From: Candidatus Heimdallarchaeum aukensis
Lineage (GTDB): Archaea; Asgardarchaeota; Heimdallarchaeia; Heimdallarchaeales; Heimdallarchaeaceae
NCBI GenBank assembly: GCA_021513695.1
Contig: CP084166.1
Span: 512,001 to 576,000, forward strand
DNA: 64,000 nucleotides
Direction of reading: 5' to 3'
The notes below the pieces were generated by a model that had not been told where the DNA came from, did no database searches, and worked only from the letters and a program-made list of their open reading frames with translations. A program made the position numbers and the translations under genes. This document shows positions 46,011-56,092 of the stretch, in pieces (the stretch's first letter is position 1; every line of letters starts with the position of its first letter).

Positions 46011-47054
46011 ACCAACAATAAGTTGACCGATTTCTATAGGTTAAAATTATAGAAGTCCATACTATCATTGTCGTGTTTCCAACACAAAGTTTTTACGATA
46101 ATTCGGAAGTACTATATTTCTTATAAAAAAATATAAAGTTGCAAAAAAACAAATTTACAAATTTTCCAACTACAACCATTATTCAATGTTAATGTTTTGA
46201 ATTCAATAATTATTCTCCTCTGTTGCCTTTTTTGGTTTATTGCAATCTTCTTTGTTGTTCTTTATTTCCTCTTCAAAGGTTGTTTAATAATTTGTTTAGA
46301 GTTAATCTAATTTCTGAACGAGTTTTATTATCAGGAATAAGAAAAGAGACTTTTACTCCATTACTTTTATTATAAAACATATCTGCTACTTCACGTAAAT
46401 TATTCTTAATTTCAATTAATTCCTCAGGAATTGGACTACTTTTAGGCAATTGTTCTACTTTTGCTTGATAAATGTCAAATAATACCGAATACAATATTTC
46501 GGTAGTAAAATAATATTTTTCATAATGAGAGTTTTTCCAATCCTCTTCTTTTAGATTTTTTTCTTTTATATGTTTGATTCCTTTATATTTTTTCCCACTC
46601 GCTAGCTCTTCAAGATAATAATGAGATTTTGCATGTTTTAAATACTTACCCTTGATAGGTGATTCTTTTTTAAATTCAGTAACATCAAGATGAAACGAGT
46701 ACGTAACTTTTTTCTCTGTATCATACTTTATAGGCCTTTCTAATAAAGAATAAAATATTACAAAAATTAATTTCGCTAATAATTTTGTATCACAGTCATT
46801 CTCATTTATTTCCTGTTCTATTCGCTCAAAAACTCCAAATCTTTCTAGTAGATAGATTTTATCTTCATTATTGAACAAAAATGTAACTAATTCTAAAATT
46901 ATATACTCTTTGTCATCACTATCAGAAGAAAAAGTGAAAAGATCTTTAAACTCATCAAAAACCTTTAGACGAAAGAGATAATCAAGATCACTGTTCTTAG
47001 CTGCGTATTTAACTGTTTCAAAGTAAAACATATTTATTATCACAAAACCAACAA

Positions 47055-48065
47055 TGTTCACTCAATAGACCTGGGTTACACTTTTGGGTACTAGAGAAAC
47101 ATAGGGGTGATTCATAAATTTTTCTCCAGGAGTAAGGAGGTTAAGAGACTGGTGAGGACGGCTAAAATTGTAGTATGAGCGGTAGAAGGAGAGGTCGGAG
47201 TTACAGTAGGTTAGTCCTAGTCTTTTCATCTCACGGATAATGGTTCCATGTAGTCTTTCTACTTTTCCACATGTTTCGGGGTGAAAAACTCTAGATCTTA
47301 TGTGCTTTATTCCCTCTGTTTGACACCAACGGGAGAAGGTACTTGTTCCCCCTCTAACGGAGTAGAATAGTGCTCCATTGTCTGTGAGAATAGACTCGGG
47401 GTATCCATATTTTTCTACTGCTTCTTCTAACAGACTTATTATCTGCTCTTTTTTCGGTGCGAAAGGGTGGAGTTTAGCTCCCAGGCAGAATCGTGAGTGG
47501 TCGTCTATTAGAGTTATGAGATAAAGGTGTTGTCCTTGTTCTTCTACCCAGAAAGGTCCTTTCACATCTATCTGCCAGAGTTCGTTAGGGGATGAGCGCT
47601 CAAAACTCTTGTATTGAGTAATGTTTCTCTTTTTTCTATTACTCCACAGAGGAAGACCTAACTCCCCTATTACTTTAACTACTGTGTTTCGCGATAGTGC
47701 TCTTCCTTCTTTCTTCAACAGATAAACTATCTTCTCCACGTTCATTCCTTGCTTTACTCTTAACTCCCTTATCCTCTCTCTTAACTCCTCATTCACTTTC
47801 CTGTGTATAGTTTTAGGTCTAGATGATCTATCCTTCCACCATTCTCCTTCAGGGTTCTCCTTAAACCTTTTCAACCACTTATATACAAACTTCCTACTCA
47901 CCATATACCTGTGAGCTACCTCTTTTATCTTCTCTCCTTCCAAAGCTTTTTTAACCACAATCTTTCTTAGTCTCTCTAGGTTACGTTTGGGTTTGTTCAT
48001 AATTCGTCACTTACCCTCGTAACCCACTTTCTATTTATTTGTTACCAACGTGGGTAGAGTAAACA
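47055..48065 (-). mobile_element. IS481/IS3-like (rve integrase-type) insertion sequence
   Basis: 1011 bp between the 16-bp direct repeats. Imperfect terminal repeats TGTTCACTC.../TGTTTACTC... One ORF. Visibly more G+C-rich than host DNA. Confidence 0.8.
47062..48000 (-). CDS. DDE transposase, rve (integrase core) type
   Basis: 312 aa with an N-terminal HTH (KEVAHRYMVSRKFVYKWLKRF). LWQIDVKGPF (D), ESILTDNGALF (D), CGKVERLHGTI (E), YNFSRPHQSL. Confidence 0.85.
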   Translation of the reverse strand: MNKPKRNLERLRKIVVKKALEGEKIKEVAHRYMVSRKFVYKWLKRFKENPEGEWWKDRSSRPKTIHRKVNEELRERIRELRVKQGMNVEKIVYLLKKEGRALSRNTVVKVIGELGLPLWSNRKKRNITQYKSFERSSPNELWQIDVKGPFWVEEQGQHLYLITLIDDHSRFCLGAKLHPFAPKKEQIISLLEEAVEKYGYPESILTDNGALFYSVRGGTSTFSRWCQTEGIKHIRSRVFHPETCGKVERLHGTIIREMKRLGLTYCNSDLSFYRSYYNFSRPHQSLNLLTPGEKFMNHPYVSLVPKSVTQVY

Positions 48066-48875
48066 ATCACAAAACCAACAAAGAAAGAAATAATAAATAT
48101 TAAAAAAATTGTTTCACCATCTGCAAAATTGGTGATAAAAGCATAACTGATACAAAATATCAAACTAAGAATATTTATTCCAATTTTGTAGTCATCTCCT
48201 AAAATCTGTAAATCTAAAGGTTTGTTTGCTACTTCCAAGTCTGAAACCTTGAAAAAACTTTGTAACAAAATAATGAAATATAACACATATACACCATTAT
48301 AAAACCAAGCAAACTTTGTTATTTTACTGGAACTTGCTCCTATTACAGCAGTAATATATTTTGGATCAAGAAATGATAAGAAAAAAGGAATTGCTATAAA
48401 AAATAACGAAAGGGGAAAATAATAGATTAAGATTAAAGCTCTATTATAAAGCGATATTTTTGATTTAACAATGCTATACGAAAGAAGATAGTTTTTTATT
48501 TTCTTTAGATATTCTCCGTCAATATTATTTTCTCTTTGCTCTCTTGTTTCAATATCCTTCTTAATCTCATTAATAGTTTTTTTAGTTGATACCAAGTATT
48601 TTACAATTCTTATTAAGAAAACAATTAAAAGTAAGGTCACAACCAAATTGATAATAAAAAATGTAGTAATTAAAAATGTAGAAAAACTCTTTTGAGACGC
48701 GAAAATGGAATACTTTATGCTGAAGAAAGAATTGACTAAAAAAGCAGTAAAAAGAATAACTACGATATTAGTGACTATATATGGTTTTATCTTTAAATAG
48801 TACCTTTCTAACAAGGTACTATACATAAATAATTTTCTCGCTTAATTATTTTTAAACTTTTAGTGATTAAAAATC

Positions 48876-49651
48876 GGTAGTGTCTAGTTTTCTTCCGACA
48901 AAAATATTTGTGGGGACTCTAATAGTACGATATGAACATTCAAAAACTATCTACTCTTTTTAAGAGATGCAGAGTCCCCAAAAAGATAATAATAAAAGCT
49001 ATTTATGAATATATTGGTTCAAAGAATGGTTTGAGGACATAGCATTGAAGAATGGTTTAACACACCAAACATTATGGTATTGGGTAAAGAAGTTCAGGCT
49101 CTTTAGGGAAAGTTTACATAGAATTGTAGCAGAGAGAGGGGAATACCTGAGATTATAGTAGTAGATGAAACAGAGATTAAGACCTCTCAAGGCTCAATGT
49201 ATCTGTGGTTCGCATTAGATCCTTCCTTACAACAAGACTTTACTGGGTTTTAGTATTACTAAGGGACGGAGTAATCTTGAATGTTTACTAACTTTCCGTT
49301 ATTGGTTCTGGTTCAAATGTTGGTATGGGGTTTTAAGCCTCGTATTGTCGTTACAGATGCAGGGGTATGGTATCCTGTCTTACTTCGTCTCGGTATCAAA
49401 ATCTCCGTTATCAAAGGTGGTTTACGCTCCTATATTGAACTTTTTAATGCCACCCTTAAGAGTTATCGTTGGTTTCATTCTATTCTCCACTGCACTTGTC
49501 CTATCCGTGCTGTCTATGGCTCTACTCATCTTTCTGGTTTCCTTACTCTCTTTATGTTCTATTATAATTTTATTCGTCCTCATCAGAGTTTAGGACATCC
49601 TCCCCTTAGTTCCTTTTTACCTAGGAGGCGGTATAAAAACTAGACACTACC
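48876..49651 (+). mobile_element. IS6-family-like insertion sequence, decayed copy
   Basis: Same termini as 18558-19320 (GGTAGTGTCTAGTTTT ... AAAACTAGACACTACC). Flanking direct repeat TTAAAAATC (48867-48875 and 49652-49660). The transposase frame is broken by stops and indels; only a 120-aa C-terminal ORF (49281-49643) survives. Confidence 0.8.
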
Positions 49652-50694
49652 TTAAAAATCAACATTAATGCTTGTAAATAGAGAAAAAAAGAAAAAATAT
49701 GTAAGTCGTCATTTATTGTTTCTTTCTTGCCATTAATTGTGTAGAAATACAAATAAAGAAAATAAGTAATATGTATATGTTTAGAAAAGAAGTTTTCGCA
49801 GTATCATCTCCATAATTGTTTATTCCTAAATAGTTTTCATTCTTCCATCCAGCTAAAGTCGCCCAAAACCACCAAGCAGAATAAGCTTTAAGATTAGCAT
49901 TTAAAGGTTGGGAATGAGCTGAAGCACAATTATACCATTCTATTCCTTCTTCATGTTTATTTTGCCATTCAATAGCCCAATTACCTGAATGTGTTCCATT
50001 ATTCCAACTACAATCATCACTTACATTTTTGTCTCCATAATAGTTTCCATCGGGATCATAAGATTCTATATCTGCAAAGTCATATAGTACTTTATTATTC
50101 TCTTTGCAGAATTCTCTTATTTGCTCGTTCCTTTGATGTAAGTTTCCTTCTAAACCTGTTCCATCAGTGTGACCAGTCATATAGACAAAAATCACGTCAG
50201 GAAACTCTTGTTCGAGAATACTCATAGGTGTTAGATAGTGGTTAACTAGTTCTTCTTCCGACATCCAGCTCAGTTGACCACACCAACTCCACATTATGAC
50301 ATTCACATCTTTATTGTTCATATCTTGTAAAAAGGCTCTTGTAGCATTAGACCATTGAGAATAACCTGCATCAGCTGCTTGACTTGGATCAGGAGCATAG
50401 CTTGCTATAGTATTATCTTCTAGAAAAGAGGAATTGTAAGAAAAGAGTCCTTGAGTTCCTCCATTTGCTTCCTTAAAGGAAGGCAAATCAGACATACCTG
50501 TAATAATTTGCGAACCGTGACTGGTGTGCTGATAAGCTATGTGCAATTTATTCTTTGCTTCAATAATTGCTTCATCTGGAATTTGGTTCAATCTAACTAG
50601 ATTAGCTATTGAATGATCAGCTATTATTTGTGCAGTGTTTGTACTGCCAGAAACAAAATTTCCAGTTCTAACAATAAATGGAAGCAAATTAATA

Positions 50695-51700
50695 AAGCAT
50701 GTCCAAAAATTCTTTTTCACCAACTATACAGTCCGAAGGAGTAAAAGGTAGTTGTAACAGAGGAGAGAACTATAAAGAGTAGAAAGAATGGTGGAGGGTA
50801 AGTGATCAAGGATTGGGGGAAGAGAGAGTTTGAGGAGACCAAAGACGTGTTCAATACTACTACGATACTCGGGGTGATGATTATGGCGATAGAGACCAGG
50901 GTAGAGACGATGAGCTTGAACTATTGATCCGAGAGGAGGAGAGGGATAACGAGCATTACTTTTTGGGGGAATAACAGGGAAAAAGGAATGTTGTCTAAGA
51001 AGACCGACGATATTTTCTGTCCAGTTGGCACAGTCTCCATAAAATCTCAAGAGCGGTCTCAAGAGTGCAGAAGGAAGTTTCTGCCATAGTAAACCGAAGA
51101 CTTTACTATCGTGAGTGTTACTAGCAGAATGAGCTAAAGAGATTATAGCTCTGGAGGGTAAACCAACTATAAGGTGTATCTTCCAGAAAAGTTTAGTTTG
51201 GAGGTTTTCTTTAGTCCTCCTCTTGCCCACTTGAGAAAACGCCAAACAGAAGCTTGACGGATTTTAAACCCTGAACTATCCACCGCCATAGCTTTCAACC
51301 CTTTTTTTTTCACTATTTCCCCACCTAAGTTTATTATCCACCGCTCTAAAATTTTACTTTCTGTCGCTCTCCACACTGCATGAAAAGTAGATTTGGAAGG
51401 AATCTTCTTCATCCACCCCTCTTCTATCAAAAAATCGCATAGAGACAACTTTTCCTCTAACTTCCTCCAAGCAATTCCTTCTATTCTAGCAATGATCGCT
51501 AAAGCCAGTATCACCCACCTTTCTGCTATTCTTTTTCTCCCTCTCTTACTTTCTCTCGGTTCCTCTTTCACCAGTTTCTTAAGGAAAGGTTCATTAATGA
51601 TTATGAATTCTCTTGCTTTGTGGAGGTCTATGATCTGAAAGAAACTCATACTTCCGACATAAACCCCCACATTAATAAAAATTAATTTTTGGACATGCTT
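50695..51700 (-). mobile_element. IS5-family-like insertion sequence, copy 2
   Basis: Perfect 17-bp terminal inverted repeats AAGCATGTCCAAAAATT (50695-50711) and AATTTTTGGACATGCTT (51684-51700). I found no flanking direct repeat. Confidence 0.85.
50724..51670 (-). CDS. IS5-type DDE transposase in two overlapping frames (orfA 51167-51670, orfB 50724-51245; a -1 shift is needed)
   Basis: orfA ends ...AVDSSGFKIRQASVWRFLKWARGGLKKTSKLNFSGRYTL*. orfB carries KIHLIVGLPSRA...NTHDS...YGDCANW...IEHVFGLLK to the natural end. It has fewer lesions than copy 1. Confidence 0.7.
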
Positions 51701-51865
51701 GAATAATTAAAATAAAATTCAAGAAAAAATAAAATTTTTTTGAAAACATCCATTTCACTCCTAAATTAAATAATATTAACCAAGAAACTATTTTAGTATT
51801 TCTAGTAAAAATCTAGCTGATTGATAAGTATTTTTAGCAGAAATACTAAGCTTATCGGTGACTTA

Positions 51866-52603
51866 TTTGGTAAAAGTAACAGTTATTAACGGTAGCCCTC
51901 GAAAACAGAAGGGTTATACTGGTTTTTTTTATTCTCAAACCTTTTATTAACGGAATGAAAAAGGCAGGAGGAACAGTAAATGTTTATTATCCTTCAGAGA
52001 TGAAAATCAAACCTTGTATTGGCAATTTAGACTGTTGGGAAAGTGGAAATAAAGAATGTATTATAAACGATGAAATGCAAAAGATGTATACAATCTTAAG
52101 AGAAACAGATATTCTAGCATTAGCTTCACCAGTTTATATTCCTTTACCATCCAAGATGCAGATATTTTAACCGTTTATGCGCTCTTCTTAACCATGAAAC
52201 ATAATTCATAGAAGGTTGTACTAGAGTATCTTTTCGTGAAAATGTAAAAATTTCTAAAATATTGGGTCTAATAACTGGTGGTTGGTGGGAAATAGAAAAC
52301 CTTGATACGGTACTAACTATTTTTAAGGAATTTGCAAATATAGCAAGCGTTAAATTTGTTGGTGCAATCCTTCGTCCTCATACTTGGTTATTAAAAGAAA
52401 ATATACAGAAAAACAAAGAGATTTTGAATAAGATTGAATCTTTAGGTAAACAAGTGATTAAAAGTGGACAGATGGATAAAAGAGATTTAGATTTTGTTAG
52501 CCAACCTCTAACAACAGAGCCTGAATTAAGAAAAATGTTGAATAAAATACATTCTCAAATTTCTTCATTATTATTGAGAGAAAAAAGCAAAAGCAAAGAA
52601 TAG
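51866..52603 (+). pseudogene. NADPH-dependent FMN reductase / iron-sulfur flavoprotein-like gene, multiply frameshifted
   Basis: LVKVTVINGSPRKQKGYTGFF then a frame change in a T8 run (51914-51921) to ILKPFINGMKKAGGTVNVYY...ILALASPVYIPLPSKMQ. A further frameshift and an in-frame TAA lie before ...ILGLITGGWWEIENLD (ORF 52262-52603). Confidence 0.65.
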
Positions 52604-52632
52604 CAAAAAAAGAGGATTATAGAAGAGAGAAA

Positions 52633-53757
52633 CTAAATTATCAATACTCGTTTAAGATTTTGCTCAACTATTTTTTTGAGTAATTTTTCTGAAGTTTCAT
52701 CGAAATTTACAAATCCAGGGTCAATTTTTGAAGCCAGAACAGGATTTTCTTGTAATTCTCTTAAAAGCACATTTAATACAGTCTCTAAAGTTTTATCAAA
52801 TCTTTCTCCAAAAACATATGCTTGGAGAAATCCTGTGGCTGTCGTTCCTATAACTTTGTCTTTGTAAACGACAGTATTGAGTTCAGATTTTCTTTCCATT
52901 ATTTCTTCTAAAGCTTTGGTTACACCAGAGATTAAACCAGAGGTTAAATCTATAGAAACTTCTTTATTAATTTCTTCTTTATCAGAAGTAAAATCATTAT
53001 AATAAACAGGTAATCCACTATCAGTGGTAATCAACAATTGATTTATCTTAGCATTAGATATCATTATATTAAAAGGATCTATTAACAGGGTTATAGACCA
53101 AATAAACCATCCTGCAGCCATTAGAAAAGGTCGTATCGCTCTGAGTATATAACTACTAGAAAAAACTGCAAAAATAACCCAGATAATTATGATGATAAAT
53201 CCAACCACTTGCACAAATAACTGCTTTTTAATGTCTGGATCTTCTGTTCTAAAAAGCTTTGTTGAAATAGGAAGAATAAAAGAAACAATGAAAAAAAGTA
53301 ACATAGGAGCTGTAAGAGCAGGTATCCATATACTATACTTCGCAGTCCAAGCGCCAAGAGTTTCAGAATAACTCAATTCAGTAAAATCAGGTAAAATAAA
53401 AGCTAAAAATAATGCTCCGCCCAAAAAACTAACGATGTTAACAACGGGATGTAGACGATTTGTTTTGAAGTAGATAAAGGAGTAAAAAACGAGAATCATA
53501 CCAAGAATTAATAGACAGTTAAAAAATGACCAAATGGATGAAATTAAGTAAAAGTTATCAAAAATCACCAAGTTTTTAGTAAAAAAGGATGTTATGAACC
53601 GACCTACAGAATCAAATGCCCAAAAAACATAACTCATTCCCAGTAGAAAATGAGAAAGAAAATGTGTTTGTTTGTATGTCTTAAATAAAATAAAACTGCT
53701 TGTAATGAAAGTCAGTTGTTCAAACAAAAATAATCCTATCGAGTAATAAGAAATCAT
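52633..53757 (-). CDS. 7-TM membrane protein with C-terminal Roadblock/longin-like domain, paralog 4
   Basis: Seven hydrophobic helices by eye. Tail: NQLLITTDSGLPVYYNDF...SIDLTSGLISGVTKALEEIM...LNTVVYKDKVIGTTATGFLQAYVFGERF..TLETVLNVLLRELQ. Confidence 0.55.
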   Translation of the reverse strand: MISYYSIGLFLFEQLTFITSSFILFKTYKQTHFLSHFLLGMSYVFWAFDSVGRFITSFFTKNLVIFDNFYLISSIWSFFNCLLILGMILVFYSFIYFKTNRLHPVVNIVSFLGGALFLAFILPDFTELSYSETLGAWTAKYSIWIPALTAPMLLFFIVSFILPISTKLFRTEDPDIKKQLFVQVVGFIIIIIWVIFAVFSSSYILRAIRPFLMAAGWFIWSITLLIDPFNIMISNAKINQLLITTDSGLPVYYNDFTSDKEEINKEVSIDLTSGLISGVTKALEEIMERKSELNTVVYKDKVIGTTATGFLQAYVFGERFDKTLETVLNVLLRELQENPVLASKIDPGFVNFDETSEKLLKKIVEQNLKRVLII

Positions 53758-53948
53758 GTTTAAAAAAACGAGAACTAAAATTTAAATATGTCGAAGAACT
53801 TTTGAGTAATTCTGATAGAAAAGAAAGTTTTGCTTATTGAAATTATCTTGTTCTCTATCGTGTAAACATCAGCTTGAATAGCGTAGTAATTTTAACATGT
53901 TTTTGGTTTGGTCTCTTCAATCTCTTTCTTCTCCCATTATTATTTGTC

Positions 53949-54272
53949 TTACTTCCACTGTTTCTTGGGTCGGATTTTAAGAAGATTGAACCCCATCTGG
54001 TCTTCCTTTTGTTTATGAATACTTATCCAACTCTTATTTCTAGATGTAAGTTTCTTGATGTCTTCTTTCGTTTGTTCATTGATTACAGAAAAAAAGGAAA
54101 GAACAGCTTGGGTAAGATCTTGCTCCTTCTCATGAATTTTCAAATTAATAGTCATTATTTTTTTGCTAAGTTCAAATAACAAAACCTTCCCTTTTTTTAT
54201 GTCATAATAGTCATATACAATTGTTTTAATAGTTTTCAGATTATCAAAAGATGATTGAAGTGTTTGATACAT
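53949..54272 (-). CDS. hypothetical protein, possible partner of the adjacent nucleotidyltransferase
   Basis: 107-aa ORF starting 11 nt after the MNT-like gene's stop, on the same strand. The only HEPN-like element is a loose R-x7-H (SRNKSWISIH), which does not fit the canonical Rx4-6H. Confidence 0.3.
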   Translation of the reverse strand: MYQTLQSSFDNLKTIKTIVYDYYDIKKGKVLLFELSKKIMTINLKIHEKEQDLTQAVLSFFSVINEQTKEDIKKLTSRNKSWISIHKQKEDQMGFNLLKIRPKKQWK

Positions 54273-54283
54273 CCATGTTTTGC

Positions 54284-54640
54284 TTAGAGAAAAATTCGAT
54301 CGTAGATCTTCTCCGTACAGTAGTTTATTATGTTGGAAAAAATGATAAAAAAAGGTGCTGAAGTACTGTTAGAGAGAGTATGTATTTGTTCCATACTAAT
54401 AATTTTAATATCCAATTTATGCTGTAGAGAGAGATTACGAAACGAATCTTTAATATCAGTGTATATACGATCCTGAGAAGCTTTTTTCGAAATAACTAAC
54501 AGGTCAATATCGCTGGTTTCAGAAAAAGTTCCACTAGCATAGGATCCTCCCAGCAAAACGGAAACGATTTTTGAGCGAGAAGGAAGTTTTTCAATTTGAT
54601 TAGTAATTATTTTGATAAGTTCATCTTGTAGCTTTGCCAT
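54284..54640 (-). CDS. minimal nucleotidyltransferase (MNT-like)
   Basis: LLGGSYASGTFSETSDIDLLVI (GS...DxD signature); 118 aa. Confidence 0.65.
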   Translation of the reverse strand: MAKLQDELIKIITNQIEKLPSRSKIVSVLLGGSYASGTFSETSDIDLLVISKKASQDRIYTDIKDSFRNLSLQHKLDIKIISMEQIHTLSNSTSAPFFIIFSNIINYCTEKIYDRIFL

Positions 54641-54646
54641 AATCTT

Positions 54647-56077
54647 TCATCCTTTTTTGGAAAAAAGAAGATAATGTAGACACATCAGTTGTTCAACTAA
54701 TGATAGCGATCTAGTTAGAGAAGAGCAAAAAAGAACACTATATTGAAATTTAATATATGAACAATCCTTGTCTGGATTTATATATAGGGAGAATTTAGTG
54801 TTTGCTGTTTCATTTTCAAAGAGATCAGTTAAAAGTGTTCGATTGTAGTAAATCTTTGTATTTTGTCTATCAACAATCTCATTCTCATCCCACGGAGTAG
54901 CCATCCAACAGTAATGAAGGTATTCATCACCCAGTTTAATTACTGGAATATATTCATCAATATCTGGGGAGGAAGTTAGTTGACGTTCCACATAGCTCTT
55001 ACCATCATATAAACCCATGAAGAGATCATAATCATCAGAAGAGGTTAATTCTTTCTTTGTGTAAATAAAAATATACGAATTATCTTTGCAAGCAATCATA
55101 GATCTATCATAAAATCTTAATCTTTGGTCAAATTCTTTTATTACTTTTGTTTCAAAATAAGAAGCGTTGAATAATCGTGTTCTGAGTATTTTACCACTAT
55201 TAGAAAACAGACCAGGATCGTAGGAAAAAATATCACAATATTCATCTGTGAGGAACAAAGCAATTGGTAGATAATTATTTTCTGCTGTACCCAAAGAATA
55301 TAATTTCCAGCCTTCCACCTTCCATTTTACGGCAAGCAAGGGATAAGAAGAGTCGTAATCTAAATGATTTTCCCACAAAATAAAGACATTTTCACCTCTT
55401 TCCTTAAAATCGCCAGGATCATAGGTGGAATACGACCTTACTTCAGGGAATGTATTATTAAGAAAGAACCATGAATGATTTTTTTCTCGATAAATAGCGG
55501 GTATAGTGCCTTTTTCTTCAATATAACGATATAAATAGGCCATGGATAAGTTTCCTTCATCATTGTAGTACCAATTAAGTAATGATAACATAGTATCCAT
55601 ACGTAAATGAACGGGAAGTTCACGAAATGGCTCATATATTTCCCAAGCTCTTGTTCCTCTCAATTCCATAACTGAACTTCTGTAATCAAAAAATGAGTCA
55701 CGATAATAAAGATAGGTTATTGGTTTGTTTTGTACATTTAAAATAATGTTAACCTCAAGAAAGTCTAGAAATGTAGTTTTTATAATTGGAAAATAATCAA
55801 AATAAGATTCTTTTAGATTTAATTGGCCATAAACCGCACCAGGACAACTATTATTTGCACTTGTAATAACAAAGTGAATGTAACTATCATTTTCAACAAC
55901 AAAATCAGTGTAAGTTCCATTTGCAAATAAGTAATTAGGATACAGATAGGAATGTGTCTTTTTACCATCTGAATTATTGTTCGGTGGTTTAGGATAAAGA
56001 ATAACAATAAAAGAAATAGTTAGTCCTATAATGATTAAACTGGTTATAGCTATTCCAATTATTATTTTTTTCTTCAT
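54647..56077 (-). CDS. N-terminally anchored extracytoplasmic protein, function unknown
   Basis: MKKKIIIGIAITSLIIIGLTISFIVIL anchor, SD AAAGGTGAAAAAGG upstream; 476 aa rich in Tyr, Asn and Trp. Confidence 0.6.
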   Translation of the reverse strand: MKKKIIIGIAITSLIIIGLTISFIVILYPKPPNNNSDGKKTHSYLYPNYLFANGTYTDFVVENDSYIHFVITSANNSCPGAVYGQLNLKESYFDYFPIIKTTFLDFLEVNIILNVQNKPITYLYYRDSFFDYRSSVMELRGTRAWEIYEPFRELPVHLRMDTMLSLLNWYYNDEGNLSMAYLYRYIEEKGTIPAIYREKNHSWFFLNNTFPEVRSYSTYDPGDFKERGENVFILWENHLDYDSSYPLLAVKWKVEGWKLYSLGTAENNYLPIALFLTDEYCDIFSYDPGLFSNSGKILRTRLFNASYFETKVIKEFDQRLRFYDRSMIACKDNSYIFIYTKKELTSSDDYDLFMGLYDGKSYVERQLTSSPDIDEYIPVIKLGDEYLHYCWMATPWDENEIVDRQNTKIYYNRTLLTDLFENETANTKFSLYINPDKDCSYIKFQYSVLFCSSLTRSLSLVEQLMCLHYLLFSKKG

Positions 56078-56092
56078 CCTTTTTCACCTTTT

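Larger units (their letters stand above)
46273..48826 (-). pseudogene. membrane-protein gene (about 508 aa when rejoined) split by an IS481-like insertion
   Basis: 5' half 48066-48826 (TM-rich) and 3' half 46273-47054 rejoin in frame across the 16-bp direct repeat ATCACAAAACCAACAA (47039-47054 and 48066-48081): ...ISFFVGFVI|INMFYFETVKY... Both ORF-track products carry IS-encoded ends (VYSTHVGNK* and the GTG start). Confidence 0.8.
49713..51753 (-). pseudogene. secreted, C-terminally anchored protein gene interrupted at codon 18 by IS5-like copy 2
   Basis: 5' piece 51701-51753 (SD AGGAGTGAA then ATG; MDVFKKILFFLEFYFNY-S) and body 49713-50694 join in frame when 50695-51700 is removed (..FNYS|INLLPFIVRTGNF..). 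The ORF-track start MVKKNFWTCF is encoded by the IS end. C-terminal TM plus ARKKQ. Confidence 0.65.

Noticed and set aside
2405-51700. Large inversion mediated by the two oppositely oriented IS5-like copies
   Set aside because: Copy 1 still has the same 7-bp direct repeat on both of its flanks. Recombination between the two copies would have separated that pair.
53874-54179. 101-aa plus-strand ORF opposite 53949-54272
   Set aside because: Its product is hydrophobic and low-complexity, and it has no upstream partner. The minus-strand ORF is in operon position behind the MNT-like gene. Neither is strongly supported.
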